Assembly: GCA_963790955.1 (NCBI GenBank)
Contig: CAWBQM010000004.1
Coordinates: 23,643-87,642, forward strand
DNA length: 64,000 nt
Direction of reading: 5' to 3'
DNA from: an uncultured Chloroflexia bacterium
GTDB lineage: Bacteria; Chloroflexota; Limnocylindria; Limnocylindrales; CSP1-4
The notes under the pieces are model-generated. The model saw only the letters and a list, made by a program, of their open reading frames with translations. It was not told the DNA's origin and did not search any database. A program made the translations under genes and the position numbers. Below, one piece after another: positions 27,516-37,279 of this stretch (its first letter is position 1; every line of letters begins with the position of its first letter).

Positions 27516-29060
27516 CGCGACGGTCGGGCCGTAGCTGTCGCCCTTGCTCCCGACCGAGCTCACCGCGTCGACCTCGGCGAGCCGCTCGGTGTACCGGATC
27601 GCCAGGTACTGGGCGGATTCCATCGGTCGTCGCAACACCTCGACATGGAGGTGCTGCGATGGGCGTTCGAGAGCGGCGGTTGGCGATCCAGGCAATGCGA
27701 GGCCAGATCTGGTCGCCAGGCAGGCCATCGATCGCGCGGCGTGAAGACCGTGTCCGGTTCTGGAAGGCGATCGCCCGAGGCGTCACCACGGAGGAGGCCG
27801 CTGCCGAGGCGAGGGTCTCACCTTCGGTCGGAGCGCGCTGGTTCAGGCAGGCTGGCGGCATGCCGTCCCTGTCGCTCCTCCCGATCTCCGTTCGCTACCT
27901 GACGTTCGCCGAACGGGAGGAGGTCGCGATCCTGCACGCGCAGCAGCGCGGGGTGCGCGAGATCGGCCGCCGCCTGGGTCGCTCACCCTCGACGATCTCC
28001 CGCGAGCTGCGGCGCAACGCGTCGACCCGCGGCTACCAGGTGTCGTATCGGGCGACGACGGCCCAGTGGCACGCCGAGCGGCGTGCCAGCCGGCCCAAGG
28101 TCGCCAAGCTCGCCGCCAACCCTGCGCTCCGCGACTACGTCCAAGACCGGCTCGCCGGGATGATCAAGCGGCCCGACGGAGTCCACATTGCCGGCCCCAC
28201 CGTGCGCTTCATCGGCCGCCGTCACGGGCGCCGAGCCGACCGACGCTGGGCGAGGGCGTGGAGTCCCGAGCAGATCTCGCACCGGCTGCGCATCGACTTC
28301 CCCGATGATGCATCGATGCGGGTCTCGCCCGAGGCGATCTACCAGGCGCTCTACGTCCAGGGCCGCGGCGCCCTGCGGCGCGAGCTCGTCTCGTGCCTGC
28401 GCACCGGGCGGGCGCTGCGCGTCCCCCGTGCCCGTACCGCGGGGCGCGGCAAGGGCTTCGTGACCCCGGAGCTCCTGATCAGCGAGCGGCCCGCCGAGGT
28501 CGAAGACCGCGCCGTGCCCGGCCACTGGGAGGGCGACCTCATCATCGGCCTCAACGGCTCATCGATCGGGACACTGGTCGAGCGCACCACCCGGTTCACG
28601 CTGCTGCTGCACCTGCCGCCCATGGACGGCCACGGCAGCCAGGTGCGGCTCAAGAACGGTCCGGCTACAGCTGGCCATGGCGCCGAGGCGGTACGGGACG
28701 CGATCGCCGATGCCATCGGCACCATGCCCGACCAGCTCCGGCGGTCGCTGACCTGGGACCAGGGAGCGGAGATGGCCCAGCACGTCCAGCTGCGGATCGA
28801 CACCGGCGTCGAGATCTACTTCTGCGACCCGCACAGCCCCTGGCAGCGCGGCACCAACGAGAACACCAACGGTCTGCTGCGGCAGTACTTCCCGAAGGGC
28901 ACCGACCTTGCCCGGCACTCCCGAGCCGATCTCGACGCCGTCGCCCTCGCGCTCAACACCAGGCCCCGCAAGACGCTGGTCTGGAAGACACCCGCCGAGG
29001 CGCTCGAGGAACTCCTACACTCGGCGTGACAAGGCAGTGTTGCGACGACTGGTTGAGCCC
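27515..29060 (+). mobile_element. IS30-family insertion sequence (boundaries approximate)
   Basis: The left boundary is where identity to copy B of the repeat breaks. The right boundary is about 30 nt past the transposase stop. Confidence 0.55.
27659..29029 (+). CDS. IS30-family transposase
   Basis: An HTH plus a DDE domain with IS30 hallmarks (HWEGDLIIG ... DQGAEM ... YFCDPHSPWQRGTNENTNGLLRQYFPKGTDL). The ORF track begins upstream at 27455; the start is uncertain. Confidence 0.85.
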   Translation: MGVRERRLAIQAMRGQIWSPGRPSIARREDRVRFWKAIARGVTTEEAAAEARVSPSVGARWFRQAGGMPSLSLLPISVRYLTFAEREEVAILHAQQRGVREIGRRLGRSPSTISRELRRNASTRGYQVSYRATTAQWHAERRASRPKVAKLAANPALRDYVQDRLAGMIKRPDGVHIAGPTVRFIGRRHGRRADRRWARAWSPEQISHRLRIDFPDDASMRVSPEAIYQALYVQGRGALRRELVSCLRTGRALRVPRARTAGRGKGFVTPELLISERPAEVEDRAVPGHWEGDLIIGLNGSSIGTLVERTTRFTLLLHLPPMDGHGSQVRLKNGPATAGHGAEAVRDAIADAIGTMPDQLRRSLTWDQGAEMAQHVQLRIDTGVEIYFCDPHSPWQRGTNENTNGLLRQYFPKGTDLARHSRADLDAVALALNTRPRKTLVWKTPAEALEELLHSA

Positions 29061-29172
29061 GCCTTGGACGCCCCGGTCGCAGTGGTGGACAGGCCCGTCG
29101 AGGCCGGGACCGCGGGCTCCAGATCGCCATCTCGAGCGCGTCGAGGGCGAGCTCGGCGCGCAGGCTGCTCGA

Positions 29173-30001
29173 TCACCCGCCAGCCGACGATGGCCTGCTG
29201 AAGGCGTCGATGATGAACGCGGTGTAGGCGAAGCCCGACCAGGTCGAGACGTAGGTGAGATCGGCCACCCACAGGCGGTTCGGGGCAGGGGCGGCGAAGG
29301 TGCGGTTGACGAGATCAGCCGGGCGCTGCTCGACCGTCGCCGGCCTGGTGGTCCGGATCCGCTTGGTGCGCGCCGCACCCTGCAGCCCGACGAGCTTCAT
29401 CGCGCGGGCGGGCGACTGGTCGCGGCCGGCGTCGACGTCTGGCGCCGGAGCGCCTTCCACACCTTGCGGATCCCGTACACGCCATAGTTCGCCCGGTGGA
29501 CCCGGCCGATGACGTCGGCCGAGGGTGGCGTCGGACACCGAGCGGGCCGAGGGCAGGCGGCTCCGGGCGGCGTAGTAGGACGACGGGGCGACCTGCAGCT
29601 CGGCAGATCGGCTCGACCCCGAACGAACGCTTGTGCTGGTCGATGAACGGGATCATCGAGCCGGTGGCGGTCGAGCTCCCCCCCGAAGAAAGCCGCCGCC
29701 GCCTTCAGGATCTCGTTCGACCGGCGGAGCTCACGGTTCTCGCGCTCGAGCTCCTTCATCCGCGCCGCTCCTCGCTCGTGAGCCCGCCCAGCTCGCCGCG
29801 GTCGATGCGCGCCTGGCGGACCCACTGGCGGACCGACTCGGGTCCGATGCCCAGCTGGTGAGCGACCCTCGTGATCGCGCCGTGGCGCTCGCCTTCGGCG
29901 GCTGCCTGGTCGACCAGTCGGACGGCGCGCTCCTTCAGCTCGGGTGGATAGCGACGCGGTGACGGACGGTGCTGACTCTCTCCCATGACTCCATTCTTCA
30001 A
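29173..30001 (-). mobile_element. IS3-family element remnant (OrfA plus 3'-truncated OrfB)
   Basis: OrfA has an HTH (MKNGVMGESQHRPSPRRYPPELKERAVRLV) and a leucine-zipper end (MKELERENRELRRSNEILKAAAAFF). The OrfB N-terminus (DLVNRTFAAPAPNRLWVADLTYVSTWSGFAYTAFIIDAFSR) ends at about 29173 and lacks most of the DDE domain. Confidence 0.7.
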
Positions 30002-30144
30002 GAAATGGAGTCTCCACCGAAGTCAGGACGGTTCAAACGCCTCACGCTTGGCGTAGTCCGGCTGCAGTCCTCGGCGACCCATCGGGGATGGGGTGCCTTC
30101 TCAACCCCATCTTCCCAGTTCGGGTGGGAACCCAATTCGTCGTC

Positions 30145-30510
30145 TCAGCGCCCCCTCCAACGGCACGTCATCCGTGGAGCCGAACTAGGGCACTCAGTGC
30201 CACCGCATCGGACGTCGTTGTCACCGGTCGGGACGGTGGTCGTCAAGACGAGCGTCCCGTCCGGCCCCATCTGGTAGCGCTTCCCGTCGGGGCCACCAGC
30301 GTAATTCTCTCTGCTCTGATCAATGACTGTCGTGGGGGACACCTGATCGGAGACCCCCTGAATGGCAGGCCCACCTGTCATCGGGGCGGCCTGGAGGGCA
30401 TCGACATGTAGGGCGGAGGTCGAGCGCGAGAGCTGTGGATACGCCGCGGCAGCCGCCACTAGTACGGCCAGGCCCAAGGCGCCAATGATCGTGAGAAGGG
30501 CACGTCTCAT
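30145..30510 (-). CDS. small secreted hypothetical protein
   Basis: Signal peptide MRRALLTIIGALGLAVLVAAAAA, then a Gly/Pro/Thr-rich domain of about 95 aa. It is in a 55% GC patch. Confidence 0.35.
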   Translation of the reverse strand: MRRALLTIIGALGLAVLVAAAAAYPQLSRSTSALHVDALQAAPMTGGPAIQGVSDQVSPTTVIDQSRENYAGGPDGKRYQMGPDGTLVLTTTVPTGDNDVRCGGTECPSSAPRMTCRWRGR

Positions 30511-30529
30511 TTTCGGGCTCCCGATATTG

Positions 30530-31453
30530 CTAGTAACTGGAGGTGTAGCTCCACAGCGTTTCCTGATCATCCAGGTGGCCATTGCCGTCAGCGTCGTACA
30601 GCGACTTGACCACGTATTTGTAATGGTCACTTGGGTAGATCCACTGAGTGTTCACGAACGCAGTGTCCTGGGTGGTCCAATACCAAGTGCCTGACCTCAG
30701 GTATTGTGAGCGAAGATCGATATCAGCCGCGCTGTCCGCGTTTCCATTCTGATCGTGAGTGTCGTGTGTCTCCGTGCCCCACCACGCATAGGTTCCATAG
30801 GCGGTGGCCCAGTTACGATCGCGAGTGGTGCAGTCGTAGGCTTCCCCAAGCGTCTTGTCTCGAATGCAATACTCCCACTTGGCAACGCCACTGACCGTAG
30901 TTGCAAAGATCTTCAGGCGGTACTGATCGCCCACCCGGAACGTCCCGCCGTACCAAGTTGCGAGGTAGATCAGACCGCTAGCCAAATCTGAGGCGGTGTA
31001 CCAGAAATGGAGCTTTCCGTCATTTGGAATCCCACCTCCAGAAACCCCGCAACCGCCGGTAACGCTGCATTCTCCGTACCCGATCTGGACGATCTGGTGC
31101 GTGTCAGTCTGGTTGTATTGGATGGTAACCGCAGGCACCAGAGAGACCGAGCCCACTCCGGAGTACTGGGTGCATGGGGTGACGTATCGGAGATCCACAT
31201 CGGCGATTGCGCCGCTGATGCCTGGCGCGGACTTGTAGCGGTCGACGAACGTCCAATCGACATAGTGGCCGCTGGCGGTCGTGGTAGCGCAGTTCTTGTA
31301 GTACGCGGCAGCGACCGTCCCGGCGCTTGTATGGAATGCTCCCACCAGACCCAGAACCACCACGATAACTCGGGCGAGGTTCTTCCCGGCCCGACGATGG
31401 TGAGACGCTCGTGGAGACCGGCTGGTTCCAAATCGCGGTCCCAAATCGGACAT
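30530..31453 (-). CDS. secreted hypothetical protein, Trp/Tyr/Thr-rich, with Ca-binding-like DADGNGHLDDQE motif
   Basis: N-terminal signal/anchor (LARVIVVVLGLVGAFHTSAGTVAAAYY) and 14 Trp. The C-terminal motif is D-x-D-x-N-G-x-x-D. It lies in a low-GC patch inside the island. Confidence 0.55.
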   Translation of the reverse strand: MSDLGPRFGTSRSPRASHHRRAGKNLARVIVVVLGLVGAFHTSAGTVAAAYYKNCATTTASGHYVDWTFVDRYKSAPGISGAIADVDLRYVTPCTQYSGVGSVSLVPAVTIQYNQTDTHQIVQIGYGECSVTGGCGVSGGGIPNDGKLHFWYTASDLASGLIYLATWYGGTFRVGDQYRLKIFATTVSGVAKWEYCIRDKTLGEAYDCTTRDRNWATAYGTYAWWGTETHDTHDQNGNADSAADIDLRSQYLRSGTWYWTTQDTAFVNTQWIYPSDHYKYVVKSLYDADGNGHLDDQETLWSYTSSY

Positions 31454-32325
31454 GGTTCCCTCCCCAGTGCCGGGGTCGGCCGTTAAGCTAGCCAGTCGGC
31501 CCTTCGCCGCAGTCCGTTCGGGCCTCCGAGCAGGCTTGCCGCCGGTACGAGCAGTCTCGCAGTTCTACACCTGCGATCAAGTGGCAATTGGCACATCTCT
31601 GTACCCGGTCCATTTTGGCCAGGCCTTCCTGTCCCGGCGATCTGGCCTGTCGCGCCTCCAGCTCGTAGGTCGAGAAAGAAGGAGCGTCACCCCCAATCCC
31701 CAAGGCGGAGGGCGGCTATCCCACCACCGTCGGCCACGGCCGGGTGGACGAGATCTCTCAGTTCCGGCCCGTCGAGTTTCGCGGTCTCGGCGTTGACCTC
31801 GTGGGTGAGGAGCACCGGGTTTGGTGGGCCGCTCCTCGCACTGTTTGGTCTCCCGGACGTTGGCGCCGACGGTTAGGTTCACGCGCTGCGAGGACCTTGA
31901 ACGACACCGTGCAGTCATGAGCCAAGGCGATCCAGACTGCACGCGGGGGCCGCAGCTGATCGCTTACTGGGATCCTGACGGAGGGTGTTCCTGCATCGTC
32001 GCGACTGACGGAGACGAGCTCGTTCTCGTTCCTCTTGGCGCTGTCGTCGGGCTGCTTGCCCGGGCGTCCTTGGAGCAGCCCGGCTCGTGTGGGGCAGGTG
32101 GGCCGTCGAACCCGAGATAGAGGTCGGAGCACGGGGGCGGCGGCAGAACGACGCTCCGCTCTTCCTCCACGGGGGCGGCGGCCAGGACGACGCTCGCTCT
32201 TCCTCCGCGATCCCCGGCCGGGCGCTCGACCGCCTTGGGGCGAGGCTGATGCAACCTGGGCTCCGGGCGAGCTCGGGGCGAGGCAATTCAGGAGGCGTGG
32301 TCGCGTTCTGATATGGAAGGACTCG

Positions 32326-33408
32326 TCAAGTCGGGGGCTGCGGGGCATGGCCGGGGTCAGGTTCCTGGCGACGGCCGGTCACTCTGACATGCGCGGATCG
32401 ACTGGGGTCGCTGCCGCATGACAGTGAGCCGGACGTCGAGGTGCCTCGAACTAGTGTCCCGAAATCGCTGGTCGCTGGATGCTTGCGGATCGCCTTGGCC
32501 AGGATCTCGTCGGCGGTCTTGACCCAGGCGAACGGGGTCGCGCCGGCGTTCCACTGGTCGGTGAACGCGTCGATCGTCGGCGACAAGCTCCTTGACGCTC
32601 CCGAAGCTGCCCCGGCGGAGCGCCTGGCGGGTCAGGAGGCCGAACCACGTCTCGACCTGGTTCATCCAGGACGCCGAGGTCGGCGTGAAATGGAACGTGA
32701 ACCGCGTGTGCCCGCGCAGCCAGGCCTGGACGTCCGGGGTCTGTGTGGGTGCTGACGTTGTCGAGCACGACGTGGACCTTGCCCTTCGGATAGGTCCGGG
32801 CGACGAGCCGCAGGAAGCCCGAGCGCCTGGATCTGGGTCTTCTCGTCAAGGGAGAGCACAATCGCCCGCTCGGGCGGGGACAAATAGAGCCCGACGACGT
32901 CACGGACCTTGGCCTCGAGCTCGGGGTCGGTGCTCCACTTGAACGTCTCGGTCCGGTGGGGCTGGAGGCCGGCCTCGCTCCAGATCCGCTGGACCGTTCT
33001 CGTGCTCATGCCGACCTCCCGGGCGAGCCGTCGCGAACTCCAGTGGGAGAGGCCGGCGGGCGGCTCGGACAGCGTGAGGGCGATGACCCGATCTCGGTCA
33101 GTCCGCGAGTAGATCCGTTCGCGGCCGGGTCGCGGCGCGTCGCGCAGCCCGGCCAGGCGGTCGCGCTCGAACCGTCGGCGCCAGAGCAGGACCGTCATCG
33201 GCGCAACTCGCAGCTCGGTCGCGATCCGCGTGTTCGGCTGGCCCTCGACCGCCCGCAAGACGATCCGGGCCCGAGTCGCCAGGCGTTGTTCGGTTCGACC
33301 CGCCCGGGAGAGCGACCGGAGCGTCGCCAGCTCAGCCTCATCAACAACCAGCGGAGGAGCAGGATGGTTCGGCATACCCAGCATCGTAGCTGCGATCTGA
33401 CCAAACAT
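32326..33408 (-). pseudogene. IS630-family transposase, multiply frameshifted
   Basis: The N-terminal HTH and LSPPERAIVLSLDEKTQIQAL are at 32662..33408. FLRLVARTYPKGKVHVVLDNVSTH is in a second frame and NQVETWFGLLTRQALRRGSF in a third. The C-terminal region around FIRRWNE (PFAWVKTADEIL) is at 32326..32586. Confidence 0.75.
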
Positions 33409-33714
33409 CTAGCTTTCTCCGCGCCGAGACACTAGGGGCGCGAGTCGGAATCGCATAGAACAGTCGAGGGTTCTCGGCGCTGCTGTCCCGCTCGACCATG
33501 CCCCGCCTCGTGTCCGATCAGGCGGCCGTCGGCGTCAACTGCTGCCCGGCGGCCCAGACGAAGCCGGCCAGCTTCCGCGCGACGACGATGCTCCCACCGC
33601 CCGATGCCGCCAGACGTACACACATTCCATTGCATTCGGCCGGCTCCGGTCGTAGGGTGAGGCCCTGGCCGTCTCGACAGAGGCGGCGGCGAGCCGCGAA
33701 CTTCCGATGTTGGC

Positions 33715-35184
33715 GCCCAGCGGCGCGACATCGGGGAGGCGCGACGACCGGATGCGCGGGCACTCCCGCGACCCGGCCGTCCACGTCGGGCCCGTCGCTC
33801 GTCGATGCCGAGCCGGCGGAGGCCGGGTGATCCGCTCGCGGTCCCGGGATCACGGGTCGATAGCCGTCGCCAGCTCATCGGCGATGCGCGCGAGGACCTG
33901 ATCTCCGAGGACACGTGCGATCCCCACCGGCGCCGTCCGTGGTGCGCCCCAGGTCGATCTGGGCGCCGTCGACGCGTTCGTCCGCCAGCCCCCGCACCGC
34001 CACGCCTTTGGTTTGGGCTGCGCTGCACGCGGGAGCTGTGACGATGACGACACGACGATCACACACCTCGACGACCCCTCAAAGGCGTCTGACGACCGAC
34101 GACCCCGAGCGCGCTGAGCGCTCGCTCCGTGGCCGCATCGGGGCGTATCGGCTCCATGCGACCCACGACTCGCGCGAGACGTCGCGGCCCGGCCGCCTGG
34201 CGTTCCTGGCCTCGTTCGAGCGGCTGGTCGATCCCGACCGGGTCCTGCCCGAGGCCGAGCGCACCAGACGGGCGGCCCACGCCCGCTCGGCCCATTTTGC
34301 ACGTCTGGCCTATCTGTCGGCCCGGGCACGACGGAAACGGGCACGGCGTCGACGCGGACCGTGAGGGCAGTCGCCCGCCGGCCGCTGGTGCGGTCAGGTC
34401 CCGGTGTCTCGGCCTGGACCGCCCTGCCCGAGCGCGACCGCCAGCTGCTGCTGTGGCTGATCAGCGGCGATGTGGTGACGGCCGAGCTCGCGGCGCTCCT
34501 CGCGTACGGTCATCTCCGGGTCGCCCAGCGGCGCCTGGCGCGTCTGGTCGAGTACGGCCTGGTCTCGGGCTTCTGGGCGGCCAACCGCCAGCGACCTCGT
34601 GGCCGCTACGCGTATGCCCTGGCCAAGACCGCCCGGGTCCAGCTCGAGCAGCTCGTGTGGCCGCAGGGCCGCCCGGGGCTCGCCGGTGGTGGCATCGTGA
34701 CGGTCTCGCCGGTCATCCACGGGCTCGCCACGCACGACCTGTTCGCGGTGTTCCTGGCGGCCTCGGATCCAGCCGGTGAGGTGGGGCTCGCGGGCTGGGT
34801 GCCCGAGCGCCCGCTCGTGCGGCTCACGAGCTATGGTGACCTGCGGCCCGACGCCTTGGCGGTGGTTCGCTCGGGCGAGCGCCTGATCGTGCTGTTCATC
34901 GAACGTGATCTCGGCACCGAGCGCGGTGGCGTGCTCAGCGACAAGGTGCGCGGCTACGATCGACTGTACCGCCAGCGCGTCGCCGCCCATCCGCTCCACG
35001 TCGGCTTCGTGGTCGAGAGCCACCGCCGCGCGTACGCGATCCGCCGGGTCCTCGCCCGAGCCGCCGACGAGACCCGCCTCGGGGTGTGGGTGACGACCGA
35101 GGCCGATCTGCGCGCCGATCCCTACGGCTGTCTCTGGGTATCGCCCGCGATCGATCCGGTGGCCACGGCCGATCTGGCGGCCAA
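33715..35184. repeat. 1.47-kb direct repeat copy B (identical to 26046..27515)
   Basis: See copy A. The offset of 7669 nt is constant across all shared ORFs. Confidence 0.8.
34044..34364 (+). CDS. hypothetical small basic protein upstream of Replic_Relax (copy B)
   Basis: Identical to the 26375..26695 ORF. Confidence 0.3.
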   Translation: MTTRRSHTSTTPQRRLTTDDPERAERSLRGRIGAYRLHATHDSRETSRPGRLAFLASFERLVDPDRVLPEAERTRRAAHARSAHFARLAYLSARARRKRARRRRGP

Positions 35185-35317
35185 CGCGCGCGTCGAGCCC
35201 GACGCCTGGCCGCTCCTCGGACCCGGCTGTCTCACGGTGCCCGACGCGCTCGAGCGCCTCGACGAGCGCCTGCTCGACGAGATCGAGCCGCTGTCCTTCT
35301 ACCACCCCCTGATCTGA
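34361..35317 (+). CDS. replication-relaxation (Replic_Relax) family protein, full-length copy
   Basis: A 318-aa protein with the N-terminal wHTH (RDRQLLLWL ... RRLARLVEYGLV) and a C-terminal region that continues beyond the point where copy A is cut. Confidence 0.75.
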   Translation: MRAVARRPLVRSGPGVSAWTALPERDRQLLLWLISGDVVTAELAALLAYGHLRVAQRRLARLVEYGLVSGFWAANRQRPRGRYAYALAKTARVQLEQLVWPQGRPGLAGGGIVTVSPVIHGLATHDLFAVFLAASDPAGEVGLAGWVPERPLVRLTSYGDLRPDALAVVRSGERLIVLFIERDLGTERGGVLSDKVRGYDRLYRQRVAAHPLHVGFVVESHRRAYAIRRVLARAADETRLGVWVTTEADLRADPYGCLWVSPAIDPVATADLAANARVEPDAWPLLGPGCLTVPDALERLDERLLDEIEPLSFYHPLI

Positions 35318-35606
35318 GCCCTGTCGCGATACCGAGCGCATCCCTGGCACCTGCCTGTGCACGAGCCGCGACCAGGTCGCGACCACGACGCGACGTACGA
35401 GACGACACCTTGGGCACGTTCCGCGCGCACGAATCGCCAGACTGGGACATCGCTTACGCGATTCGCGCAAATCGGCGCGCCGGGCCGACCTCATGAAGTC
35501 AGGTTGCCAGGCCGAGCCGGATGACGAGCACTCCCACGGAGGCAGAGTCCTTGGCGCGGAGCCGTACGCGTGCCGCTTGCGCCTCGGACGTATCAGAGCG
35601 CTGGAG

Positions 35607-35888
35607 TCAGCGTACGAGCGACGTCGTGACCCTGAGACCGGCCGCCTCGAAGACCTCCTCCTCTGGCACCCCTAGGAGCGACCAGACGCCGATGTGCTCG
35701 TCGATCTTGGGCCAGACGACGACCATGCCGTCGCTCTGGATCTCGAAGGCCTCACGGTCGGCCTTCGATGCCCGCGACAGGCGCTCCGACCATGCAGTCG
35801 GAGCCGAGAGCTCGCGGCCATCCTCCAGGGCGAACGTGATGAGCTCATCCGACACGCGGACGTCCTTCACGACTGCCGGCTGGATCAT
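35607..35888 (-). CDS. DUF2442-family protein
   Basis: MIQPAVVKDVRVSDELITFALEDGRELSAPTAWSERLSRASKADREAFEI matches the DUF2442 pattern. Its start overlaps the stop of the upstream DUF4160 gene. Confidence 0.6.
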   Translation of the reverse strand: MIQPAVVKDVRVSDELITFALEDGRELSAPTAWSERLSRASKADREAFEIQSDGMVVVWPKIDEHIGVWSLLGVPEEEVFEAAGLRVTTSLVR

Positions 35889-36151
35889 TGTCGCACTGCC
35901 TCCCGTGCCCGCACGCACTCCTCGTCCCATCGAGCGATGAGGAGTGCCTGATTGTCCTCGATCGCTCGACGCATCTTTGCGATGTCGTGCTGAGTGTACC
36001 TACCGGCTGTCACTAGCTCGATCGGGTCGATCCAGAACTTGGCCGCAGCGCGGCGATCTCCGCCTCTCCCAACATGGACGTGCCGAGGCTCGCGACAGTC
36101 GAACATCACCATGTAGAAGACGAACCCGGCAACCTCAATGAGGGTTGGCAT
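35885..36151 (-). CDS. DUF4160-family protein
   Basis: MPTLIEVAGFVFYMVMFDCREPRHVHVGRGGDRRAAAKFWIDPIEL ... LLIARWDE fits the DUF4160 consensus (MPTI ... FYSNEHxPPHVHV ... AKFWL). Confidence 0.7.
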   Translation of the reverse strand: MPTLIEVAGFVFYMVMFDCREPRHVHVGRGGDRRAAAKFWIDPIELVTAGRYTQHDIAKMRRAIEDNQALLIARWDEECVRAREAVRQ

Positions 36152-36231
36152 CTCACTACCGTCCCATGCGGTCGGTCCGTAGGCTCACGGGTTGATCTCG
36201 TATGCAACGGTGTACGCGGCTCGCATCGAAG

Positions 36232-37191
36232 TCAGAGCCGGTCCGCCGGGCTCAGGCGCCGGTGGGCCGCGAGCGCCCGTTCCGTGGCGGCGCTTGCGCC
36301 GTAGCGGCTGAGCATCTGGCGGGAGCGCCAGCCGGCGAGGCGCATGAGATCGCCCTCGGCGCCGCCACCTGCGAGCCATTGATGGGCGAACGTGTGGCGG
36401 AACAGGTGTGGGTGGACCGGGCCGATGCCAGCCTCGACCGCGCGGCGTCGAAGGACCTGGGCGATGCCCGTGCTGCCCAGGCGACCCTTGCGCCCGAGCC
36501 ACAACCACGGCGTCGCTGCGTCGGGGTGCTGGGCCCGCACCCGCACGTAGCGATCGAGCGCCTGGGCGGCCTTGCGACCGAACGCGATGGCGCGCGGTCG
36601 CGCGCCCTTGCCGGTCACCGACAGCGTTTCCGTCTCCCAGTCGACGTCGTCCACCGCAAGGCCGGAGATCTCGCCGAGGCGCATGCCAGTGTCGATCAGA
36701 AGCAGCGCGATCGCCCGATCGCGGCGCTCTTCGAAGCCCTGGCCGGCGCAGGCCGCGATGAGCTTGCGCAGCTCGTCCTCGCGGAGGACCTCGGGCGGCG
36801 CCTCGGGAATCGTGGGCGGACGCATCCGGCTCATCGGCGACTCGCGGATCTCGCCCTCGTCGGTGAGCCAGCGGAAGAACTGCTGGAGGCTGCGGTAGCG
36901 GTTCGCGGCCGAGGCCGGGCGAAGCCGCGTGAGCTGGTCGGCGATGAACGCCTCGACGTGCTCAGGACGGATCGCCGCCACGGTCCGAGGCATGCCTTGC
37001 CCGGCCAAGAATGCGTCGAAGCGCGCCACGGCATCGAGATAGGCGTGGATCGTGGCCGGCGCCCGATTGCCCGCTCGCAGGTGGCGCCGGAACGAGGCGG
37101 CGTTCGCTGCGAGGTCACCGACTGCGGTAGACTCGGCCGCGCCGACCGCGCTGGGCGGCGTCGGATGGTCGTTGGTCGAGCGTCTGGGCAT
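36232..37191 (-). CDS. tyrosine recombinase / phage-type integrase
   Basis: An N-terminal SAM-like domain plus a catalytic domain with R ... HxxR ... Y ([13 protein letters not shown] ... [18 protein letters not shown] ... [17 protein letters not shown]). It is 89 nt from the tRNA-Lys 5' end on the opposite strand. Confidence 0.9.
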   Translation of the reverse strand: MPRRSTNDHPTPPSAVGAAESTAVGDLAANAASFRRHLRAGNRAPATIHAYLDAVARFDAFLAGQGMPRTVAAIRPEHVEAFIADQLTRLRPASAANRYRSLQQFFRWLTDEGEIRESPMSRMRPPTIPEAPPEVLREDELRKLIAACAGQGFEERRDRAIALLLIDTGMRLGEISGLAVDDVDWETETLSVTGKGARPRAIAFGRKAAQALDRYVRVRAQHPDAATPWLWLGRKGRLGSTGIAQVLRRRAVEAGIGPVHPHLFRHTFAHQWLAGGGAEGDLMRLAGWRSRQMLSRYGASAATERALAAHRRLSPADRL

Positions 37192-37279
37192 GTCGCAATC
37201 ATCGACTGTTCGAGCGCCATGGTCAAGCTGGGATGGCCGAAATCGCCAGTTAGTTGCTCTAACTGAGCGTGAATCTCGT

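Noticed and set aside
33518-33633. IS110-family transposase C-terminal fragment (SIVVARKLAGFVWAAGQQL)
   Set aside because: Only about 20 residues resemble the IS110 C-terminal motif. The rest of the ORF is low-complexity, which is too little to call.
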